This document shows, piece after piece, positions 1 to 9,091 of a stretch of DNA of 32,000 nucleotides. Where the stretch lies: NCBI GenBank assembly GCA_030668875.1, contig DAOVER010000031.1, positions 794-32,793 of the forward strand. Reading direction: 5' to 3'. The first letter of the stretch is position 1, and each line of letters begins with the position of its first letter. Source of the DNA: Candidatus Heimdallarchaeota archaeon (GTDB taxonomy: Archaea > Asgardarchaeota > Heimdallarchaeia > Heimdallarchaeales > Heimdallarchaeaceae). The notes beneath the pieces were generated by a model that did no database searches, was not told the origin of the DNA, and worked only from the letters and a program-made list of their open reading frames with translations. The position numbers and the translations under genes were made by a program.

Positions 1-204
1 ATGGGCTGGAAGGGCTCTGTAGCACTCCTCCTGTTTCAATTGTCTGTCAAGATCGTAGTAAAAAAGAAGTTTGTTTGTTTGCTTCAAAGAGGTTTTTATC
101 AGAAAATTTGCTCGATTATAGAGATTTTTTGCTTGATGACAGATTCTGCTTAATGCTGGATGATACTCCACTTCTATACGTTCTGCACGCAGTACCTTTG
201 CCAT
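1..204 (-). mobile_element. tnpB: IS200/IS605-family TnpB, N-terminal 68 codons (runs off the window start; not in the ORF track)
   Basis: My translation from ATG at 204: MAKVLRAERIEVEYHPALSRICHQAKNLYNRANFLIKTSLKQTNKLLFYYDLDRQLKQEECYRALPAH. The KNLYNxAN and YxxLPAH pattern is typical of TnpB N-termini. Aligns without gaps (24/68 identical) to the TnpB at 31660. Confidence 0.85.
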
Positions 205-376
205 CCATAGTTAACCCAGAGTTCACTATAAAAACACCCGTACTATCACTAAAATGTAACTCAATTTACACACTAATAAGACAAAAAGACAAAAGCATAT
301 CATAAATAGTTAATCTTAAAGAGATTAGCAATAAAATTACTTTCAGACAAATACTTTACTGGAAAGTGAGAGAAAC

Positions 377-1495
377 ATGAGCTCCACTGTAGATGACAAA
401 ATTCGTGATATAGAGGAACAAATTAAGCAAACTCAAAAAAACAAGTCTACTGAGCATCACATAGGTATGCTTAAAGCTAAAATAGCTAAATTGAGAAGAA
501 GAAAACTCGAGATTCAGTTTTCTTCAAGTTCCGCTAAAGGGTACGGATTTGATATTAGAAAAACTGGTGATGGTACTGTTGTTCTCATAGGATTTCCATC
601 AACTGGTAAATCTACCTTGATTTCTTCAATTACAGGTGCACAATCAAAAGTGGGAGCTTATGCATTTACTACCACAAAAGCAATACCAGGAGTGATGTTT
701 CATAAAGGCACTCAGATACAAATTGTAGACCTTCCAGGGATTATTGAAGATGCAAGTATAGGAAAAGGGAGAGGGAAGGAAATTCTCGCTGTAGCAAGAG
801 GCTCTGACATGATTTTATTACTGCTAGAGCCGAAAGATACTACTAAATACTTTGACAAAGTCATTATAGAATTAAACAAAGTAGCAATTCGTCCAGGTAT
901 GGTAGAACCTATTATAATCATCAAGAAAGAGGATAGAGGAGGAATAGCTCTGTCAACTATAAGAAGACTTACCCACATGACAGAAAAAACATTCAAGGGC
1001 ATTCTTAGAGAGTATAAAGTAATTAACGCATCAGTTACTGTTCGTAGTGATCCAACCATAGATCAATTAATTGATGTTCTAGAAGGTAATAGGGTTTATC
1101 CAAAGATTCTCGTTGTTGTTAATAAAATTGATTTGTTCAGTAATAAACAGAAAAGATTAATTCAAAAACACTTTCCTGACGCAATTTTCATTAGTGCCTT
1201 GACAGGAGAGAATCTCAAAGAATTAAAGGATAGAATAGTTGATAAACTTGAACTAATCAAGATTTATCTCAAAAAGCAGGGTAAAAAGACAGATTATGAA
1301 GAACCTTTAATTGTGAAAAAAAGATCCACAATAAAAGATGTTTGTGATAAAATTCACAGAAAATTTGCTACAGAATTTCGATACGCAGTGGTTTATGGAC
1401 CAAGTGCAAAGCATGACAATCAGAGAGTTGGTCTAGAGCACATAGTTAGAGATGGTGATGTTGTTACCATCATCATGAACAAATACAAGTTTTGA
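377..1495 (+). CDS. drg: DRG/Rbg-type OBG-family GTPase with C-terminal TGS domain
   Basis: N-terminal TEHHIGMLKAKIAKLR helix; G1 GFPSTGKS, G2 YAFTT, G3 DLPG, G4 NKID; TGS-type C-terminus RYAVVYGPSAKH...RVGLEH..RDGDVV. Confidence 0.95.
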   Translation: MSSTVDDKIRDIEEQIKQTQKNKSTEHHIGMLKAKIAKLRRRKLEIQFSSSSAKGYGFDIRKTGDGTVVLIGFPSTGKSTLISSITGAQSKVGAYAFTTTKAIPGVMFHKGTQIQIVDLPGIIEDASIGKGRGKEILAVARGSDMILLLLEPKDTTKYFDKVIIELNKVAIRPGMVEPIIIIKKEDRGGIALSTIRRLTHMTEKTFKGILREYKVINASVTVRSDPTIDQLIDVLEGNRVYPKILVVVNKIDLFSNKQKRLIQKHFPDAIFISALTGENLKELKDRIVDKLELIKIYLKKQGKKTDYEEPLIVKKRSTIKDVCDKIHRKFATEFRYAVVYGPSAKHDNQRVGLEHIVRDGDVVTIIMNKYKF

Positions 1496-1504
1496 ATATC
1501 TTAG

Positions 1505-3064
1505 TTATTTTTTGAATTTTATTTCCCCACCTACAATTGTATAAACTATATCAACAGCGTGAAATTCTTCTAATTGTATTTCATCGAGATTCTTATTTAG
1601 GATAACAATGTCTGCCAACTTACCAGAACTCAATGTACCTTTCACAGTTTCTTCTCTAGAAGCAATTGCAGGATTCAATGTATAACACTGGATAGCTTCT
1701 TCCAAGGTTAGTCGTAATTCAGGATTGGGATGATAGATTGCTCCTTTGATACCATAAAGAGGACCTAAAGGCATTCCATCACTACCAAATATTAGCAATA
1801 AATCTTCATCCAAAATCCATCTGAATGGATTATTTATCAAGGTTCTTTCTCTCCCAAGTCTTTGTTCATACATACTATTTACATCAACCATTCCCCAACG
1901 CCAAACAAAGTTAGGTTGCATAGAAAATATTATTCCATGAGATTTTGCCCTTTCAACATCTTCTTTCCTAAGAATTTCTGCATGTTCTATACGATGGAGA
2001 GCTTTCTTTGATTCTTCAGGATCAATGTTTTCTACTATTGCGGAAATGAGGTTACTAACTGCCTTATCGCCTATAGCATGAGCTGCAAGTTGCAATTTGT
2101 TTTCATGCACTAGTGTAACCATTTCCTTCAGTTTTCCTTCATCATAGAGAGCAAATCCTTTTTCTCCTAGTTTATCGAGATATTCTTCATAAAGGTAAGC
2201 AGTTCGTGTACTTATTGCTCCATCTGTCATCAGTTTACATGCGCCTATCCTGAACCATTTATCTCCAAAATCTCGATCAAGACCAAGCTTTATTGTTTCA
2301 GATATCATATCCTCATAGATGATACTATATACTCGTATAGGCAGCTTTTTCTCTTTTATAAGATGCAAATAAGCTGGTAGAACCTCATATGTAATATTAT
2401 CATGAATTGAGGTTATACCAAGAGATAATGCTTCTTCTATACCTAATTCCAGACCTCTAACAAACATATCAGGAGTGGGTTTTATATCTGATTTATTGGA
2501 AAGATCAACATCTCTCAAAATACCAGTAATCTCTCCTTTTTCATTTAAATCTACTCCAAGTTGGTCTTTTGATAATTCAAGTCTTTCAAATCCAAGAGAG
2601 TTTACAGCAACTGAGTGACCCGATACATGACGAAGAATAACAGGATTGTCTGGACTGATTGGGTCAAGATCAGCAGCTGTAATATAACGTTGTGTTGTCC
2701 AGTTGCTTTGATCCCAAGCTCTACCTATTATCCATTCTCCTTTCTCTTTTGGTGCAATATCTTCTTTAACCAAATCCAGTACTTCTTCAAGACTCTTTGC
2801 TTCTCGGAGGTCTAAATAGATTTTATTCAACCCAGTCCAAGCGATGTGAGTATGAGCATCGATAAAACCAGGTAGAATTGTATTGCCTTTAGCATCAATT
2901 ATAGCTGTCCCAGAACCTATCAACGGTTCAATTTCATCTTTATTCCCAATTTTTACTATTGTATCAGAAAAAACTGCTAAAGATTCAGCTCTTGGTTTTT
3001 CTTCATCAAATGTCCATATATTTGCATTTGTAATTACAAGGTTTGCATGAAGCTTACTGTGCAT
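1505..3064 (-). CDS. Amidohydrolase 3 family (YtcJ-like) metal-dependent hydrolase
   Basis: PGFIDAHTH, HAIGD, RIEHAE, GSDG and GKLADIVIL motifs; 519 aa. Confidence 0.9.
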   Translation of the reverse strand: MHSKLHANLVITNANIWTFDEEKPRAESLAVFSDTIVKIGNKDEIEPLIGSGTAIIDAKGNTILPGFIDAHTHIAWTGLNKIYLDLREAKSLEEVLDLVKEDIAPKEKGEWIIGRAWDQSNWTTQRYITAADLDPISPDNPVILRHVSGHSVAVNSLGFERLELSKDQLGVDLNEKGEITGILRDVDLSNKSDIKPTPDMFVRGLELGIEEALSLGITSIHDNITYEVLPAYLHLIKEKKLPIRVYSIIYEDMISETIKLGLDRDFGDKWFRIGACKLMTDGAISTRTAYLYEEYLDKLGEKGFALYDEGKLKEMVTLVHENKLQLAAHAIGDKAVSNLISAIVENIDPEESKKALHRIEHAEILRKEDVERAKSHGIIFSMQPNFVWRWGMVDVNSMYEQRLGRERTLINNPFRWILDEDLLLIFGSDGMPLGPLYGIKGAIYHPNPELRLTLEEAIQCYTLNPAIASREETVKGTLSSGKLADIVILNKNLDEIQLEEFHAVDIVYTIVGGEIKFKK

Positions 3065-3084
3065 AAATCATCGGTAAAGAGGGG

Positions 3085-3094
3085 ATATAATAAT
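3085..3094 (-). promoter_or_regulatory. Putative TATA box for the amidohydrolase
   Basis: Minus strand ATTATTATAT about 21-30 nt upstream of ATG 3064. Confidence 0.45.
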
Positions 3095-3153
3095 TTTACT
3101 TCAGATGGATGTTACAAAAATAGAATGTGTGTTTAGTTCTACACAAAAAAAAG

Positions 3154-3160
3154 TTATATA
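3154..3160 (+). promoter_or_regulatory. Putative TATA box for the DUF362 gene
   Basis: TTATATA preceded by an A-run (BRE-like), 20-35 nt upstream of TTG 3180 / ATG 3189. Confidence 0.5.
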
Positions 3161-3179
3161 GAACATCAACAATTTTTTA

Positions 3180-4084
3180 TTGAATACCATGTCTAAACTC
3201 GCTTTGGTAATAAATCAAAATAGAGAGGAAGGGACTGTTCAAGCAATAGATCTTTTAGGAGAAAATAAAATTGAAGGGAAAAATGTTGTATTAAAACCAA
3301 ATTTCAACACAGCAGATCCTGCTCCCGGATCAACGGATATAATTACATTAAGATCATTAATTGTAAAACTGAAAGAGATGGGAGCAAAATCAATCACTCT
3401 TGCTGAGAGAAGTGGTCCATTAGATACACGAAAGTGTATGGAAGAGAAGGGGATATTTGAATTAGCTGAAGAATTAGATTTTCAAATAATTAATCTTGCA
3501 GAAGTAGGTGTAGAAGAATATATACAATTAGACCAAAGGATAGTTACTGGAAAGATGGATTTCTATTTGCCAAAATTTTTCATGGGGCAGAATGTATTGT
3601 TGAAACTTGTTGCTTGAAAACCCATCAATATGGGGGGCATTTTACTTTATCACTCAAAAACGCTGTAGGTCTAGTACCTAAAAGGAATCTAAATGGCAAT
3701 TCATATATGAGAGAGTTACATAGCTCACCAAATCAGCGCAAGCTAATTGCAGATATAAATAGCGCCTTCTCTCCTGATTTGATAGTTCTAGATGGAGTTA
3801 CTGCATTTGTAGATGGAGGGCCAGCTGTTGGAACGAGAAAAGAAGCTAATGTCATCTTAGCAAGCAAAGATCGGATAGCAATAGATGCTGTTGGGGTTGC
3901 TATCCTAAGAATATTGGGTACAACAGTTGAAGTAAACAGAGCGTCAATTTTTGAACAAGAGCAGATTGCTAGAGCTGTTGAACTTAATCTAGGAGTAGCA
4001 AAACCAGACGAAATTGAAATAATAACAGACTCAAAAGAAGCTGAAAAATTAGCAGAACAAATTATGACAAAACTTCAAGAATAA
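3180..4084 (+). pseudogene. DUF362-family (predicted Fe-S) protein split by a single frameshift near 3533-3538
   Basis: VVLKPNF and LAERSG in ORF 3180-3617. The -1 frame is open from 3494 and reads PKDSYWKDGFLFAKIFHGAECIVETCCLKTHQYGGHFTLSLKNAVG into ORF 3614-4084. One added base at GACCA gives LDPKDSYW and a full-length protein of about 300 aa. Confidence 0.8.
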
Positions 4085-4127
4085 CAATCTGATTATTCTT
4101 TTCTTCACTTTGGTCGTTTCAGCAATA

Positions 4128-4134
4128 TTTTAAA
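4128..4134 (+). promoter_or_regulatory. Putative TATA box for the MFS gene
   Basis: TTTTAAA at -31..-25 from ATG 4159. Confidence 0.5.
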
Positions 4135-4158
4135 CTAGGTGTTGATTTTAATAATAGA

Positions 4159-5565
4159 ATGCCTGAAAGTGAAGTTTTACCTGAAACAGTATCTGTCTAT
4201 TCTGTTCAAGGTAGAGGCTTCAAAGCCAGGGATTTTCTTAAAACTAAAGAAACTAGAGAAGTCCTAGCATTCATAACATCACAATTTCTATGTTTTGCTA
4301 TTTATATGTCAGTACGACAGTTATTTCCCCTTTATCTTCAAAAACAGTACGGGATTTCTGAAGCTGAAGTTCTAATAAAATGGGGAATCATTGTAACTGC
4401 TTATACATTTACAGGTCTTATAGCAAGGATACCCAGTGGATGGATTATAGAAAAAGTAGGAAGAAAACCAGCTGTGATGTCATCTTACATCATAATGACA
4501 ATAGCTGTTGGGTGTTTAACTTTAACAGATAATACTGCAATGCTAGCACTAATATTTGTCTTTCTACGTTTAACAAACAACATTTTTGGACTTGCAAGTC
4601 GATCCCTATTAGCAGACATAAAATCACCACACAAAGGGATATACAACTCTTTGGTTTCAAGTTCTGGTAGGTTTGGAACGCTTATAGGTTCGGTTGGATT
4701 AGGCTTTGTTTTACAGTTTCTCCCCACTTATTTTATGATAATAGTTGCGTTAATTTTATCGATTATTGGCTTAATTGCATTCAAGTTGCTTTTTGTAAAG
4801 GGGGGAGGAGAAACGGTACATTTTATCAGAAGAGTTGACGTGAAAAGTGGACATAAAGAGAAATTTGATTTCAAAGTTTTCAAATCAAGTACGTTAATTT
4901 TCTTTGTATTCGCTTTTATTTTGTATGGATTGATTTCAGGTGTAACGGATCCTATTATGGCCCTTTATGGTAAAAATGTATTAAACTTATCAGAGGGGTA
5001 CATAGGTTTACTTCTAGGGTTATCACAACTTAGTTTCATACTTATTTCACCAATCATTGGATGGCTTATTTCTAACAAACCAAGACTAATGAATTATTTA
5101 CTAGTATTTTCAGCATTTATTATCTTAAGTAATTACCTTCTAATTTACTTCTTCTATGATATCGTTGGGGCGTATATTGCTGCATTATTCATTAAAAACA
5201 TAGCTCACGCACTCTTCTTTCCGGTTGTGTTTACTATTCTCACCTATGATTTACCAAAAGCACATTTTTCAATTTTGTACTCTATAATTACCACAGGTTT
5301 CTTTTTGGGAAATACAGGAACTTCGTTTTTGTCTACTTATCTTTACGGTTATTCAGGAAGATACCCTTCAGAGTTCTTTTTAGGAAATATAGGAACATCA
5401 TTTTTATCCAATTATCTTTATAGTTTTTCGGAGAGATACCCCTGGCTAATTTCGGAGAGATACCCCTGGTTAGCTGCAGTGATTATTAGTTCTGTATTAC
5501 TTTGTTTATCATTAGCATATTGTATCTATAAGCGTGTTAAGCTGGGAAAAGCACAATCACTGTGA
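4159..5565 (+). CDS. Major facilitator superfamily transporter
   Basis: About 12 hydrophobic segments; motif A GWIIEKVGRK after TM2. Confidence 0.9.
   Translation: MPESEVLPETVSVYSVQGRGFKARDFLKTKETREVLAFITSQFLCFAIYMSVRQLFPLYLQKQYGISEAEVLIKWGIIVTAYTFTGLIARIPSGWIIEKVGRKPAVMSSYIIMTIAVGCLTLTDNTAMLALIFVFLRLTNNIFGLASRSLLADIKSPHKGIYNSLVSSSGRFGTLIGSVGLGFVLQFLPTYFMIIVALILSIIGLIAFKLLFVKGGGETVHFIRRVDVKSGHKEKFDFKVFKSSTLIFFVFAFILYGLISGVTDPIMALYGKNVLNLSEGYIGLLLGLSQLSFILISPIIGWLISNKPRLMNYLLVFSAFIILSNYLLIYFFYDIVGAYIAALFIKNIAHALFFPVVFTILTYDLPKAHFSILYSIITTGFFLGNTGTSFLSTYLYGYSGRYPSEFFLGNIGTSFLSNYLYSFSERYPWLISERYPWLAAVIISSVLLCLSLAYCIYKRVKLGKAQSL
5299..5469 (+). repeat. Nested in-frame tandem duplications in the MFS 3' end: diverged 75-nt period (5299, 5374) and a 24-nt period with a 20-nt exact core (5426-5445, 5450-5469)
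   Basis: Protein FFLGNTGTSFLSTYLYGYSGRYP / FFLGNIGTSFLSNYLYSFSERYP, then SERYPWL twice; TTTCGGAGAGATACCCCTGG occurs twice. Confidence 0.95.
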
Positions 5566-5589
5566 TTTTGCATGATTATTTTGCTGTGC

Positions 5590-5596
5590 TTATATA
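5590..5596 (+). promoter_or_regulatory. Putative TATA box for the ABC-2 operon
   Basis: TTATATA at -28..-22 from GTG 5618. Confidence 0.5.
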
Positions 5597-5617
5597 GCCC
5601 TCTTAATATAAAATACT

Positions 5618-6706
5618 GTGTCAATAGAGATATCTAACTTATGCAAAACCTACACCAAAAAAGGAAAGGAAATCAAAGCATTAGATAATATCTCACTTAA
5701 TATTAAGGAAGGAGAATTTGTCGGATTATTAGGTCCCAATGGAGCCGGCAAGACAACTCTTTCCAAAATTCTTTCAACTCTTTTATTACCTTCCTCTGGA
5801 GAAGCATTCATAGATGGTGTATCCATTATTGAAGATAAAAAGATAAGAGGTATGGTAGGTTCAGTTTTTGGAGAAACAGGTGGAAGAAGTTTATATTATC
5901 GATTATCAGTAAAGGATAATTTACTGTTTTACGGAACATTATATGGTATTCAAAAAACTGAGATTAAGAAAAGAATCAATTCTTTATTGAAATATTTTGA
6001 TCTTACTGAAAGAAAGGATACTTTGGTTATGAAACTCTCCACAGGAATGAAAGCGAAAGTATTACTAATTAGAGCTCTTATCACATTTCCCAAAATACTT
6101 TTATTAGATGAACCTACATTGGGGTTTGATGCTGAAAGCTCTGAGAAGGCAAAGGATTTGCTATTAGAGTTTAACAGAGAGTTTGGAACTTCAGTTCTCT
6201 TAACCAGTCATAATTTCTCAGAAATCGACGAACTAACATCAAGATTGCTTCTAATTGATGATGGTCATCTGATTCAAGATTGTTCTCCCGATTTATTTAA
6301 AAAATCAGCAGGTCACCAGTATGTTCATATCATTTTTTCTCTACCACCTCTACCATCAAAATCCCTTCACATTTCAAAAATGCCTACGGAGATTTTTGCG
6401 AAAATGGTAAATGATTCAGCTGGAGCCGAAATCATTTCCTTAGAACAACAAGATAATCACAATTTCATTTATGAAGCTAAGATTAAACCTATGTCTTACA
6501 CATTCAATGAAACCATATCGAGAATAACTGTTCTCATTCTTAGAGCAAAAGGAGAAATTTTTCAAATTGTTCCACACATGCCCTCTCTAAAGGAGTCGTT
6601 TTTATCCTTTCTTGAAATCAATAAGCAGAAAGAAGAAATACAAGCTCGAACAATCGAGGAGATTTTTACTATACCTTTACGAGAGGAGGATAACTATAGC
6701 TCATGA
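5618..6706 (+). CDS. ABC-2 type transporter ATP-binding subunit
   Basis: Walker A GPNGAGKT, signature LSTGMK, Walker B LLLDEPT, H-loop TSH; GTG start. Confidence 0.93.
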   Translation: MSIEISNLCKTYTKKGKEIKALDNISLNIKEGEFVGLLGPNGAGKTTLSKILSTLLLPSSGEAFIDGVSIIEDKKIRGMVGSVFGETGGRSLYYRLSVKDNLLFYGTLYGIQKTEIKKRINSLLKYFDLTERKDTLVMKLSTGMKAKVLLIRALITFPKILLLDEPTLGFDAESSEKAKDLLLEFNREFGTSVLLTSHNFSEIDELTSRLLLIDDGHLIQDCSPDLFKKSAGHQYVHIIFSLPPLPSKSLHISKMPTEIFAKMVNDSAGAEIISLEQQDNHNFIYEAKIKPMSYTFNETISRITVLILRAKGEIFQIVPHMPSLKESFLSFLEINKQKEEIQARTIEEIFTIPLREEDNYSS

Positions 6707-7559
6707 TATACAAAAGGTGATTTCTACATTTAAATCATCAGAGAAGAACAGTAAATCAATTTCAAGAATGTATGCAATTGCAGCTGTTAAGGTTAAAATG
6801 AGTTTGAGCTATAAAAGTAGTTACTTGATTGTACTCTTTCTAAACTTAGTAACAATTACCATGTACTTCTTCTTTAGTAAACTCAATCCTGACTTGGAAA
6901 TTTTTGGTATATCAGCTTCCTATTTTGAATTTGTCTTTATAGGGTTAGCTCTGCAATTTATTGTAGGAACAAGTTTAGCAACCGTAAATGGATCAATATA
7001 TAATGAGATAGTATCCGGGACATGGTCATCCCTTCTTTTACACTTTAACTTCGCAGAGTATGCGATAGGAACTACTTTAGCAGGGACTTTCCTTGCCTCT
7101 TTTTCAATTTTCATTTCTTTAGGAATATCTTATGCATTCTTTGGATTTTCCTTATCAGTTTCCGGAATTCAAATTCCTCTCATTTGTTTGCTTTTCTTAC
7201 TGATTCTTCTTTCGCACATGACTATATCTATGATCTTCGCAGCATTTACTATATACTACCAGAAGAATAGTGGAATTGTACCATTACTTTATCAACTAAC
7301 CAAAACTTTCAGTGGAATCGTTTTTCCAATTGCTCTTCTCAGTGGGTTTCCTACAGTTGTAGCTAGATCTTTACCACTCACTTATGGTCTGGAAGCACTT
7401 CATAATGTTATTTTATCAGAAAACATACAGTGGGAAATCATACAGAGGAATAGTTTGGTTCTCGCAGGCTTTATTATTAGTCTAGGAATCCTCTCTTTCA
7501 TTTTCGTATCAAAGAGCATTAAACATTCAAAAAAGCATAACAAGGTGGATTGGTATTGA
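6696..7559 (+). CDS. ABC-2 type permease 1 (start uncertain: ATA 6696, GTG 6717 or ATG 6768; the track's 6612 overlaps the ATPase too far)
   Basis: About 6 TM segments; EIVSGTW, FSGIVFPI and LPLTYGLEAL motifs of ABC-2 permeases. Confidence 0.85.
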   Translation: MAHDIQKVISTFKSSEKNSKSISRMYAIAAVKVKMSLSYKSSYLIVLFLNLVTITMYFFFSKLNPDLEIFGISASYFEFVFIGLALQFIVGTSLATVNGSIYNEIVSGTWSSLLLHFNFAEYAIGTTLAGTFLASFSIFISLGISYAFFGFSLSVSGIQIPLICLLFLLILLSHMTISMIFAAFTIYYQKNSGIVPLLYQLTKTFSGIVFPIALLSGFPTVVARSLPLTYGLEALHNVILSENIQWEIIQRNSLVLAGFIISLGILSFIFVSKSIKHSKKHNKVDWY

Positions 7560-8443
7560 ACTTTCGTCAGACTCCCTCAAATGTCACTCAACAATTTATG
7601 CATGAAAATGATTCTATTTCCTTTTATAGCGGATTGAAATCGGTTTTTCTTCGTAATCTTAAGATATTGTGGCAGTATAAATTCACGATAATTGTTGGTT
7701 TTGTAAATACGCTGATTGCAGCCTCACTTTTTTATTATATTTCTTTACTTGTTCCTCAGAATACAATTACGCAGGATGGATATGTAGCTAGTAGTGTTTC
7801 ATTTATCTTTGCAGGGGCAATGATAGTTGATATCTCAACGAAAATTCTGATGAAATCAATGAATAGTTTCACTAGTGAGATGAGACAAGGAACATTTGAA
7901 ACTCTATCGTGTTCACCTTTTGGTTTGAAGAGATATTTTCTTTCAGAAATTTCATTTGAAGTTGTTTATGGTCTAATAATTTCGATAATGAACTATATTC
8001 CTGTATTTTTGATCTTTCCTCTCTTCGTAGGACTCAAAATTTCTTGGAGTTCGCTACTTACCCTATTATTGCTATTGATTTGTATTCTCATTTTCTTCTT
8101 CTCTCTATCACTTCTCGTAGCAAATTTTACAATTTTAGTAAAAAGAGGGAGAGAGATATCTATGGTTGTAGTAGGTTTAATACATCTCCTCAGCGGTAGC
8201 CTTTTCCCCTTAGATTTATTTCCTCAATGGTTAAGAGTTATTGCTTACTTTTCACCGATGACAATAGCTGTTAGAGCATGTCGTTTGTGTTTATTTGGGG
8301 ATGGAATCATAACTTCAGATATAGTATGGATTGCGATTGTAGCACTACTATTAGGTTCAGTACTCATCATATTTCTATTCAATTTTACTTACAAAAAAAT
8401 ATACAACAGGATCAGGGAAAAGGGGACAGTTCATGAATTCTAA
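7550..8443 (+). CDS. ABC-2 type permease 2 (likely start TTG 7556)
   Basis: EMRQGTFETL, LSGSLFPL, FSPMTIAV motifs; AAGGTGG lies 7 nt before TTG 7556, which overlaps the upstream TGA. Confidence 0.88.
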   Translation: MVLNFRQTPSNVTQQFMHENDSISFYSGLKSVFLRNLKILWQYKFTIIVGFVNTLIAASLFYYISLLVPQNTITQDGYVASSVSFIFAGAMIVDISTKILMKSMNSFTSEMRQGTFETLSCSPFGLKRYFLSEISFEVVYGLIISIMNYIPVFLIFPLFVGLKISWSSLLTLLLLLICILIFFFSLSLLVANFTILVKRGREISMVVVGLIHLLSGSLFPLDLFPQWLRVIAYFSPMTIAVRACRLCLFGDGIITSDIVWIAIVALLLGSVLIIFLFNFTYKKIYNRIREKGTVHEF

Positions 8444-8446
8444 GAT

Positions 8447-9091
8447 CTAATTTAGAAGATCTAAAAACTCCTTAACTGAATGTAAAACATCTTTTGATTG
8501 CGTTATTGCCCTACCGATAACAATAATGTCTGCTCCATTACTGAGAGCTTTTGAGCTAGTCTTAAGATTTAATCCTCCAGCTACAGCAACAAGAGCTTTC
8601 TCATATTTACTCTTAATTTCTGCGATAATTTTCCAAGGATGTTCTCTATTTCCTTCTTGATCAATTCCTCTATGAAATAAGATTATTTCAGGTATTCTTG
8701 ATAGCTTCTCTAACAACTGAACTGGATTTTCAACATTCATCAAATCTAGAATGATATCTATATTCATTGATTTTCCAGCTCTTAAAGAAGACTCAATTGT
8801 CTCTATAGAAGCCAATCCGCTAATAGCAACAGCGTTTGCTTTTTGAGTTTCTGCAATGAATACTTCAATTTCACCAACATCTAAAGTTTTCATATCAGCA
8901 ATAATATATGTTTTAGGGTGATATTTTTTTAACTTCTTGACAATAGATATTCCTAAGCTTTTTATCAAAGGAGTACCTGCTTCTAAAAGGATGGATGTTG
9001 ATTGAGGAATTTCAGATACTATCCTGTCAACATCTCTTTCATAAATTAAATCTAGTGCTATTTGTAGATAAGGGGGAGAACTTAATTGCAT
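8447..9091 (-). CDS. hxlA: 3-hexulose-6-phosphate synthase (OMPDC/HPS superfamily)
   Basis: IALD, EAGTPLIK, ADMKTLDVG, HRGIDQE, VAGG, GRAIT motifs. Confidence 0.85.
   Translation of the reverse strand: MQLSSPPYLQIALDLIYERDVDRIVSEIPQSTSILLEAGTPLIKSLGISIVKKLKKYHPKTYIIADMKTLDVGEIEVFIAETQKANAVAISGLASIETIESSLRAGKSMNIDIILDLMNVENPVQLLEKLSRIPEIILFHRGIDQEGNREHPWKIIAEIKSKYEKALVAVAGGLNLKTSSKALSNGADIIVIGRAITQSKDVLHSVKEFLDLLN

Noticed and set aside
75-305. 76-aa plus-strand ORF
   Set aside because: Antisense shadow of the minus-strand tnpB plus intergenic DNA; no motifs.
205-376. IS left-end hairpin upstream of the left tnpB (TAATCT-N5-AGATTA near 311-327)
   Set aside because: A 6-bp AT-rich stem is expected by chance here, and nothing similar precedes the right tnpB.
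3525-3545. Programmed -1 frameshift in the DUF362 gene
   Set aside because: No X XXY YYZ slippery heptamer at the switch and no evident downstream structure.
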